Source: Thermodesulfobacteriota bacterium
GTDB lineage: Bacteria; Desulfobacterota; BSN033; UBA1163
Direction of reading: 5' to 3'
NCBI GenBank assembly: GCA_047519465.1
Contig: JAPVTA010000262.1
Span: 11,220-75,219 of the forward strand
DNA: 64,000 nt
Below the pieces are notes generated by a model. The model did no database searches. It saw only the letters and a list, made by a program, of their open reading frames with translations, and was not told where the DNA came from. Below are positions 57,267 to 64,000 of the stretch, piece after piece. Each line of letters begins with the position of its first letter. Within the stretch, counting starts at the first letter, position 1. The position numbers and the translations under genes were made by a program.

Positions 57267-58232
57267 ATGCGAAATTTATCGTTTAAACAGATCTGTCTTT
57301 GCATCGCTGTCTTGATTCTGGTCGTCCTGTTTCCTCTGGCTTTTTCCAAGCCTTTTCCACAGCATGTGATGATCCTCATCTTCATGTTCGGAACGATGGC
57401 AGTGGCATGGAATATCATGGGCGGATACGCCGGGATGTTTTCCTTCGGCCAGGTCGCTTTTTTTGGAATCGGGGCCTACACCTCGTCTTTTTTCTTAATC
57501 ACCTATCACGTCAATCCCTGGCTGGGACTGATCGTTGGCGGGTTGATCGCCGCTTTGGTTGGGGCAGCCATCGGGTACCCCTGTTCCAACTTAAGGGGTC
57601 ATTACTTTGCGATTGCCAGCATTGCCTTCGGTGAGATCGTTCGAACCCATTTTAATAACTGGAAGCTCATCGGGGCGGCTGAAGGGATGACCCTTCCGAT
57701 GATGGAGGAATCTTTTGAGAACTTCATGTTCCATTCTTCAAAGATACCCTATTATTACATCATGCTCGCTTTTCTTGTTATCTCCCTGCTCGTCTGTTAC
57801 TTTGTGGCAACTTCAAAGATGGGGTATTATTTTCGTGCCATCAAAGAGAGTCACGATGTGGCGAAGGTCTTGGGGATCAATGTGGTCTGGTACCGTCTGA
57901 TCGCAATTATGATCAGTGCCTTTTTGACCGCCATGGCTGGAACTTTTTATGCTCAATACGTCTTGTATCTCGACCCGGAGAGTGTCCTAATTCTCCCCAT
58001 ATCGGTACAGATCGTGCTGATCTCCATGCTCGGTGGGGCTGGTTCCATCATGGGACCTGTCATCGGCGCCGCCATCTTAATGCCTGTCTCTGAAGTCACC
58101 CGAGTGATGTTGGGCCATAAAGGTACGGGAATTGATATGATCATTTATGGGACTTTGATCACCCTGATTTCAGTTTATCAGCCCAAAGGGGTATGGGGTC
58201 TGTTTTCGAATATCGGAAAGAGGATGAAATGA
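57267..58232 (+). CDS. ABC transporter permease (LivM-like)
   Basis: 321 aa polytopic. Confidence 0.85.
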   Translation: MRNLSFKQICLCIAVLILVVLFPLAFSKPFPQHVMILIFMFGTMAVAWNIMGGYAGMFSFGQVAFFGIGAYTSSFFLITYHVNPWLGLIVGGLIAALVGAAIGYPCSNLRGHYFAIASIAFGEIVRTHFNNWKLIGAAEGMTLPMMEESFENFMFHSSKIPYYYIMLAFLVISLLVCYFVATSKMGYYFRAIKESHDVAKVLGINVVWYRLIAIMISAFLTAMAGTFYAQYVLYLDPESVLILPISVQIVLISMLGGAGSIMGPVIGAAILMPVSEVTRVMLGHKGTGIDMIIYGTLITLISVYQPKGVWGLFSNIGKRMK

Positions 58233-58969
58233 AGAAGGTTCCGTGTTTAGAGGTTAATGGTGTGACCAAACGATTTGGAGGGCTTTTCGCAAACGACGAT
58301 ATCCATTTCAGCGTCGAAGAAGGAGAGATCGTAAGTATTATTGGACCCAATGGAGCTGGGAAGTCTACGCTCTTTAATTGCGTTACGGGCTTCTATCATC
58401 CCAATAGTGGAAAAGTCTCCTTTATGGGCGAGGAAATCACGAGCTATCGGGCTGACAGGATTTGCAAGATGGGAGTGGCGAGGACGTTTCAGATCGTCCA
58501 GATCATCAGCGATATGAGCGTTTTGGAAAATGTGATGACGGGGGCACTGTTGCGTTTTAACAAAATCCGGCCTGCTGTTGAGAAGGCAGAGGAGGTCTTG
58601 ACCTTTACCGGTCTCATCGATAAGAGGAACCTCTCAGCAACAGAACTCACCATTGCCGATAAAAAGAGACTTGAGGTGTCGATGGCCTTAGCGACCCGGC
58701 CCAAGCTGCTGATGCTCGACGAATCCATGGCAGGCCTGACGAGGGTCGAGTTGCGGGGGATGATCGATTTAATCAGAAAGATCAGAGAGAAAGGGATCAC
58801 GCTGGTCGTCGTTGAGCATGTGATGGAAGCGGTCATGGAAATATCGGACAGGGTGATCGTACTTAATTCGGGCCGAAAGATCATGGAAGGTTCTCCCCAG
58901 GAGGTAGTGGTCAACAGAGAGGTGATCCAGGCCTATTTAGGGGAAAAGTACAATGTTGTCGGTTCATAA
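58229..58969 (+). CDS. ABC transporter ATP-binding protein (LivG-like)
   Basis: Walker A GPNGAGKST; start ATG overlaps LivM-like stop (ATGA). Confidence 0.9.
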   Translation: MKKVPCLEVNGVTKRFGGLFANDDIHFSVEEGEIVSIIGPNGAGKSTLFNCVTGFYHPNSGKVSFMGEEITSYRADRICKMGVARTFQIVQIISDMSVLENVMTGALLRFNKIRPAVEKAEEVLTFTGLIDKRNLSATELTIADKKRLEVSMALATRPKLLMLDESMAGLTRVELRGMIDLIRKIREKGITLVVVEHVMEAVMEISDRVIVLNSGRKIMEGSPQEVVVNREVIQAYLGEKYNVVGS

Positions 58970-59657
58970 GATCTCTGTCGGGTATAAAGAGCTTTTGGCT
59001 GTTGAGAAAGTTTCCTTTGAAGTCAAAGAAGGGGAGGTGGTCAGCCTGGTAGGTTCCAACGGGGCGGGGAAGTCGACCGTCATCAAAACCATTGCGGGTC
59101 TCCTCCATCCCAAAGACGGCGAGATCTATTTCAACAAAGAGCCGCTTCACGCCACCCCTCCGTACGAGATCGTGAGGAAAAAGATTTCAATGATTCCTGA
59201 AGGTCGACGACTCTTCGGCCGGTTATCCACTTTAGACAATCTCCTCCTCGGGTCTTACGCTCTTGACTCGAAAGGAGAAATCCAGAAGGCCCTTGAGAGT
59301 GTGTTCGGGCTCTTTCCTATTTTAAGAGAGAGGAGGAGCCAGCGGGCAGATACCTTAAGCGGCGGGGAGCAGCAGCAGTTGGCGATTGCCCGCGGCCTGA
59401 TGTCCCAACCCTCTCTTTTGATGTTGGATGAACCTTCCCTGGGATTGATGCCTAAGCTTGTCTCCGAGATCTTCAGAATTATTCAAGAGATCAGCCGGAA
59501 CGGGGTGACCGTGTTATTGGTCGAACAGAATGTTTTTGAAGCCCTGCAGATATCGCATCGAGCCTACGTCCTTCAGACAGGCCGTGTCGTCTTGGAGGGA
59601 AAGGGGGACGAACTCATTAAATCCGACCTTGTCAGAAAAGCCTATCTCGGCATGTGA
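58953..59657 (+). CDS. ABC transporter ATP-binding protein (LivF-like)
   Basis: Walker A GSNGAGKST, LSGGEQQ. Confidence 0.9.
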   Translation: MLSVHKISVGYKELLAVEKVSFEVKEGEVVSLVGSNGAGKSTVIKTIAGLLHPKDGEIYFNKEPLHATPPYEIVRKKISMIPEGRRLFGRLSTLDNLLLGSYALDSKGEIQKALESVFGLFPILRERRSQRADTLSGGEQQQLAIARGLMSQPSLLMLDEPSLGLMPKLVSEIFRIIQEISRNGVTVLLVEQNVFEALQISHRAYVLQTGRVVLEGKGDELIKSDLVRKAYLGM

Positions 59658-59722
59658 TGTCACCAGGACCGTTGACCCCTAAAGGGTGTCCTCACCCGAC
59701 AGCCTATTTCAAGAGGTAACGA

Positions 59723-61033
59723 ATGCAGATTACGATGAAATACGGAAGAAAGGGGTTGCCGATTGAACTCCCGGACGGTCTCAAAGTAGATGTGATCCGG
59801 AAAAAGGCAATGCCCATCCTCGAGGATCCAGCGGCAGCTGTAAAATTCGGCATATCGCACCCTGTGGGGTGTCGTCCCCTGGCGAAAGAGGTTAAGGGAG
59901 CAAAAAGCATCTGCATCGCGATCTGTGATATCACGAGACCCGTCCCTAACGGAATCGTGTTGCCCGTCCTCATTCGAGAATTGATCGACGCCGGCGTGAA
60001 ACCTGCTTCGATCACGTTGCTCATTGCCACAGGCCTTCACCGCCCCAACGAAGGGGAAGAGGTCCGGGAGCTGGTCGGGAGCGATTGGGTCCTTGAGACC
60101 GTGCGCATCGTAAACCACTTTGCAAAAAATGACGAAGACCACGTCGATCTTGGGACGACTGCGCGAGGAATGCCGGTCAAGATAGACAAGCGATTTGTGG
60201 ACGCGGAGGTGCGAATCGCTGTTGGGTTGGTTGAGCCTCATTTTATGGCGGGCTACTCGGGGGGAAGAAAAGTGGTTGTGCCCGGGATCGCACATCAGGA
60301 TACCATTCGGGTGCTGCACTCGACGAGGATGCTCAAGGATGAAGGTGTGGCCAACTGCAGACTGGAGGGGAATCCAATCCACGAGGAGCAAATGGCCGTC
60401 GTCCGGATGCTGGGCAAAAGTCTGACGCTCAACACAATAATCGGTGAAGACCGTCGACTATCTTTTGTAAATTTTGGCGACATCGAAAAGAGTTATCTTG
60501 ACGCCGTTGCCTTTGGCAGGCCCTTTTTTGAAATCCCTGTGGCACGAAGATACAATACGGTGATCACCAGTTCGGCAGGCTACCCATTGGATAGGAACTA
60601 TTACCAAACAGTAAAAGGCATGGTGGGTGTGGCGGATATCGTCGAGCCGGGGGGCAATCTGTTCATCGTCTCCGAATGCTCCGAGGGGTTGGGCACCCCG
60701 GAATATGTCGAGTCACAAGCGAGGTTGGTCCGTGTCGGGATGGAGAGATTCCTTGAGGAGACCTCGCAGAGAGAGTTCGCGTCTATCGATGAATGGGAAT
60801 CCATTATGCAAATTAAGGCCATGAAGGCCGGGACCATACACCTCTTCAGCGAATGCCTCACGAAAGAAGAACGGGGCCTGACAGGCGTTAAGATGGTCAC
60901 CTCCCTGACCGAAGCCATCCAAAGAAGCGTGGAAGAGAAAAAGGACAACCGTGTGGCCGTCGTCCCTGAGGGGCCTTACGTCATCTCTGTTTACAGACCG
61001 AAAAGGAATAAGGGATACAGCCGGAGCGACTGA
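59723..61033 (+). CDS. LarA-like nickel-pincer-dependent 2-hydroxyacid racemase/epimerase family (DUF2088)
   Basis: 436 aa; N-terminal region and DITRP motif consistent with LarA family. Confidence 0.7.
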   Translation: MQITMKYGRKGLPIELPDGLKVDVIRKKAMPILEDPAAAVKFGISHPVGCRPLAKEVKGAKSICIAICDITRPVPNGIVLPVLIRELIDAGVKPASITLLIATGLHRPNEGEEVRELVGSDWVLETVRIVNHFAKNDEDHVDLGTTARGMPVKIDKRFVDAEVRIAVGLVEPHFMAGYSGGRKVVVPGIAHQDTIRVLHSTRMLKDEGVANCRLEGNPIHEEQMAVVRMLGKSLTLNTIIGEDRRLSFVNFGDIEKSYLDAVAFGRPFFEIPVARRYNTVITSSAGYPLDRNYYQTVKGMVGVADIVEPGGNLFIVSECSEGLGTPEYVESQARLVRVGMERFLEETSQREFASIDEWESIMQIKAMKAGTIHLFSECLTKEERGLTGVKMVTSLTEAIQRSVEEKKDNRVAVVPEGPYVISVYRPKRNKGYSRSD

Positions 61034-61152
61034 CGGAACCTCTTTTTGCTTTGGGGGTAGGCGATCTTCAGGAAATCATGGTCATCAAGACCCGAACGGA
61101 TAGCAGCCAGAACCCGCTTGCTGGAAAGAAGCGATCGGGCGTCAACGTAATC

Positions 61153-61602
61153 TTAGGAGCTTAATAAGAGCCCCCACTCAACCTCCGGATCTTTCTCAAA
61201 TCGCTTGGTCATCAGGGTTTCAAGAATCATATGGTGCTTCTTCTCATCTTCCCATATCTGCTCGAAGATATACTGAAGCGCCGGTGTCTTCGTCAGGTAT
61301 TTAATTTCAGCAACAAATTCCCTGTGCTTTTTTTCCATGTCGCTGTGTTTTTCTAATAAATCCCACACCTCTTTTCTTTCCCTTGCCCCCACCACTCTTT
61401 TAAACCCGAGGATTTCGAGAGCGGCTCGGCCAAAATCGGCATGCTTACGCGAATCATGCTGAATGGCTTGCAGCAAATATTTTACGGTCGCATTTTCAGC
61501 TTTGTTGATTGCCTTTTCTGTCAGAGCAACGACCTCCTCCTCCGTTTGAATGAGTTGATTCACCGCCTTCTTCAGTTTTTCACTCCTTTGTTCAGTACCC
61601 AT
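61153..61602 (-). CDS. ferritin-like domain protein
   Basis: 149 aa helical, E…H / EDEKKHH metal-ligand-like pairs. Confidence 0.35.
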   Translation of the reverse strand: MGTEQRSEKLKKAVNQLIQTEEEVVALTEKAINKAENATVKYLLQAIQHDSRKHADFGRAALEILGFKRVVGARERKEVWDLLEKHSDMEKKHREFVAEIKYLTKTPALQYIFEQIWEDEKKHHMILETLMTKRFEKDPEVEWGLLLSS

Positions 61603-61635
61603 ACAAATCGCCCCCTTTCCTCATGTCCTTAGCCG

Positions 61636-62049
61636 CTACGCGGCGGCTCGCGCACTATCCGAACCATTCGGATTAAAACCTTTTTCTAAAAGAATGATCT
61701 TGACCAGCTTGAAAATCTCTTCCGTCGCTACGGAGCTCTTCGAAAGGAAATAATCGGCCTTATATCGGATGGCTGCTTCTCGATATTCCGGAAAATTGTG
61801 GCTTGTAAAAATGATGATGGTGATCTCGGGATGATCTGTCTTTATCCTTTTGGCCAACTCAAGCCCGTTTTCTCCGCGCAACCTGATGTCCATAAAGATG
61901 AGCTGTGGAGGAAGCGCGCCAATTTCTTTCAATGCCTCTTCGGAGCCCCCTGCTTCAGTGATAGCCATTGAAGGGAATCGGGACTTAAGGCCTTCTTTGA
62001 AGACAGTTCTAAACGGAGAGTTATCCTCAATCAGCATTGTCTTAAACAT
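61636..62049 (-). CDS. single-domain response regulator receiver (CheY-like)
   Basis: 137 aa; Asp pocket (IEDN…MDIRL) REC fold. Confidence 0.8.
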   Translation of the reverse strand: MFKTMLIEDNSPFRTVFKEGLKSRFPSMAITEAGGSEEALKEIGALPPQLIFMDIRLRGENGLELAKRIKTDHPEITIIIFTSHNFPEYREAAIRYKADYFLSKSSVATEEIFKLVKIILLEKGFNPNGSDSARAAA

Positions 62050-62345
62050 TTCGTCTCTATTCCTCCTCTCCCGCAGCGCCAGTCGCTGATAATGTTCTCT
62101 TATAATGCAAGTTTACTGAAAATGATATGGGTCGTAAATGGGGTGTAGATTGTATTTTAGGACGGAAAAAGCAGTATTTCGAGGCCAACCTGGAAGGAGA
62201 CCGGGGAAAAAGTGCAGAACGGAAGCGACGGCCTGCGTCTTAAATCGGGTGAGGGGGAGCAAAAATATAGAATTAATGGTACAAAGAGAAATCCCTAGCG
62301 ACCGGAAGACGACAATAACTCGGGTCAGTCAGACCGTCAGGGAGG

Positions 62346-62732
62346 TCATAGAAAACTTGAGGAAAAATTTTTCAACTTGCTCATATCTTCCGGAGAGATA
62401 TCGACGAATCTCACTCCTGATCGATAATGTTTTTCCCCTTCTACTGCCTGGATATTCACCCAGACCACTTGAACAAGCATTTCAATTGCATTCAACTGAG
62501 ACTCAGAAGAGAAAAAAAGTTTCAACTTGAGGTTTTGGCCGATCTCCACCCGTTCAGGGAAAAGGATCTGCAATCCGCCTTCGCTGGCATCAAGAGCCTG
62601 GCCAGGTTGATTGCCTGGCGAGTCAGCCCGGTAATACTCTATCGGGAGACGCATTGGAAATCTCCGGTAGGTTCTTCTTTCAAAATTAGCGATCCCATAG
62701 CGGGGCTTGGCTCCTTTTTCTGCTGCTCTCAT
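62346..62732 (-). CDS. PilZ-domain c-di-GMP-binding protein
   Basis: RRTYRR (RxxxR) and DASEGG (D/NxSxxG) motifs. Confidence 0.7.
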   Translation of the reverse strand: MRAAEKGAKPRYGIANFERRTYRRFPMRLPIEYYRADSPGNQPGQALDASEGGLQILFPERVEIGQNLKLKLFFSSESQLNAIEMLVQVVWVNIQAVEGEKHYRSGVRFVDISPEDMSKLKNFSSSFL

Positions 62733-63083
62733 TTTGACCCCCTAATAGAATATTGGAAAATATGAAACAGTTCATAGCAACCTACTAAATTTCGCCTGCA
62801 AGGTCAAGAAAAATTTAACGGCCGGTAGGCCCGGTCGCCGTGCCTTTGCGGCCTCCGCAGCCGTTTCCACACTGGAACCGACTTTTTTAGACCCGCTTGC
62901 GGACGTTTCCATTTTAAATTAGAATAGCTCACACGTCATGCGGAGTTTTCTTAGGATGGTGTCATTTCTCTTGCTGTGAAAAGAAAGGAACAGAAATGAA
63001 TCGGTTCACGAGTTTGACGGGACATCGAAGGGCCCCTCGTCAATAAAAACAGTGCGTCTGAAACACTTGCGGAGGACCAGATC

Positions 63084-64000
63084 ATGCCAAAGATAGCCGT
63101 TGTTCAAAAACCTCCAAAATTTCTGGATCGAGAAAAGACTATTCAGGATGCGGTTTCGCTGATTGGCGAAGCGGTTTCCTCCGGAGCTTCTTTGGTTGTT
63201 TTTCCGGAAGCGTACATCCCGGGCTATCCTGTGTGGATTTGGCGGCTTCGACCGGGGAGCGACTATGCCTTGAGCGGGGACCTTCATGCCCGACTGGTGA
63301 AAAATTCGGTAACCCTTGACGGTGAAGACCTTCTGCCCCTGTGTGAAGCGGCGAAGCAACACCGTGTCACGGTCGTGTGCGGGATGGACGAACGCGATCA
63401 TGAGCTGAGCCGTGGAACGCTTTACAACACGGTCGTCGTGATCGGACCCAACGGCGAAGTATTGAACAGGCACCGTAAACTCATGCCGACAGATCCCGAG
63501 CGCATGGTGTGGGGTCTCGGCGATGCTTCCGGTCTGAAGGTCGTTGAGACACCGTGCGGGCGGATCGGAACGCTAATCTGCTGGGAGAACTACATGCCGC
63601 TTTCGCGATATGCCCTGTACGCTCAAGGGGTCGAAGTGTACATCGCCCCTACTTACGACTACGGGGATGGTTGGGTTGGCACCCTTCAGCACATTGCCCG
63701 GGAAGGCCGTTGCTGGGTTATTGGAAGCGGTACCGTTCTGAGAGCACGCGACATTCCAGAGACATTCCCGAAGAAGATCAGTCTCTACCCCGACCCGGAA
63801 GAGTGGATTAACCCGGGAGACTCTGTCGTGATCAAACCGGGGGGAAAAATTGTTTCAGGGCCCATGCGAAAGGAAGAAGGTATTCTCTACGGAGAGATCG
63901 ATTCTGACCGTGTGGCAGCTTCCCGTCGCACCCTTGATGTGGCAGGACACTACGCCAGGCCAGACATCTTTCAGCTACATATCAATCGGAAGCCACTCAA
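63084..64000 (+). CDS. nitrilase/cyanide-hydratase family protein (3' end beyond window)
   Basis: E-K-C triad context: FPEAYIPGYP, RKLMPT, LICWENYMP; no stop before window end. Confidence 0.8.
   Translation, partial: MPKIAVVQKPPKFLDREKTIQDAVSLIGEAVSSGASLVVFPEAYIPGYPVWIWRLRPGSDYALSGDLHARLVKNSVTLDGEDLLPLCEAAKQHRVTVVCGMDERDHELSRGTLYNTVVVIGPNGEVLNRHRKLMPTDPERMVWGLGDASGLKVVETPCGRIGTLICWENYMPLSRYALYAQGVEVYIAPTYDYGDGWVGTLQHIAREGRCWVIGSGTVLRARDIPETFPKKISLYPDPEEWINPGDSVVIKPGGKIVSGPMRKEEGILYGEIDSDRVAASRRTLDVAGHYARPDIFQLHINRKPL

Noticed and set aside
57299-57634. 111-aa + strand ORF overlapping the LivM-like gene in another frame
   Set aside because: The LivM-like frame is continuous and hydrophobic-helix rich. 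The alternative frame is Arg/Gly-rich with no domain.

Overview
This 64-kb window looks like part of the chromosome of a diderm (Gram-negative-type) bacterium, probably an anaerobe. GC is about 50%, and LolA-like, LpxL-family and PagL-like genes point to an outer membrane. Coding is dense and mostly on the + strand.

(1) 1-15.5 kb: an ACP-dependent type II FAS/PKS-like specialised-lipid gene cluster. It has two FabF-type ketosynthases (one a KS-CLF fusion), a small CLF-like protein, two acyl carrier proteins, a cobalamin-binding radical-SAM enzyme, a FabZ-like dehydratase, an LpxL/HtrB-family acyltransferase, a FakA-like (DAK2 + DegV-like) fatty-acid kinase, a PlsC-hotdog fusion acyltransferase, a FabG-like reductase, a LolA-like carrier, lipoproteins and a serine hydrolase. 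The layout resembles aryl-polyene (APE)-type clusters but carries unusual accessory enzymes. It is punctuated by REP/MITE-like hairpin repeats, two of which bracket the radical-SAM gene in inverted orientation. This is my main candidate for a previously undescribed system.

(2) 16.9-35.8 kb: a metabolic block. It holds an XRE-cupin regulator, an acetoacetyl-CoA-synthetase-like ligase, an isochorismatase-family hydrolase, a split PEP-utilising (His-swivel) phosphotransferase pair, an aldehyde dehydrogenase, a Liv-type ABC transporter, a two-subunit biotin carboxylase system (PycB/PycA-like), a Tm-1-like UPF0261 protein and a 4-oxalocrotonate tautomerase. Scattered through it are decayed gene fragments (PaaK N- and C-terminal pieces, a UPF0261 N-fragment and a crotonase fragment).

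(3) 36-47 kb: three paralogous promoter/leader elements with a palindromic -35 box, TTGACAGTCAA. They precede a lipocalin-like gene, a small hypothetical gene and a large STAND-ATPase regulator with a C-terminal SARP (wHTH + BTAD) module. The block also holds a second lipid locus: a phosphopantetheinyl transferase, a hotdog thioesterase, a FabF-like KAS, a GT2 glycosyltransferase and a PagL-like outer-membrane deacylase.

(4) 47-51 kb: an AT-richer, gene-poor island with a lone GHKL/MORC-like ATPase and a lipoprotein.

(5) 51-64 kb: a truncated MalK fragment, a DUF2889-like protein, an HD-GYP response regulator, a hydroxypyruvate-isomerase-like protein, a GntR fragment, a second Liv-type ABC transporter, a LarA-like racemase, a ferritin-like protein, a REC protein, a PilZ protein and a nitrilase (3' partial).

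I saw no rRNA, tRNA or CRISPR array. There are several dispersed GC-rich hairpin repeat families.
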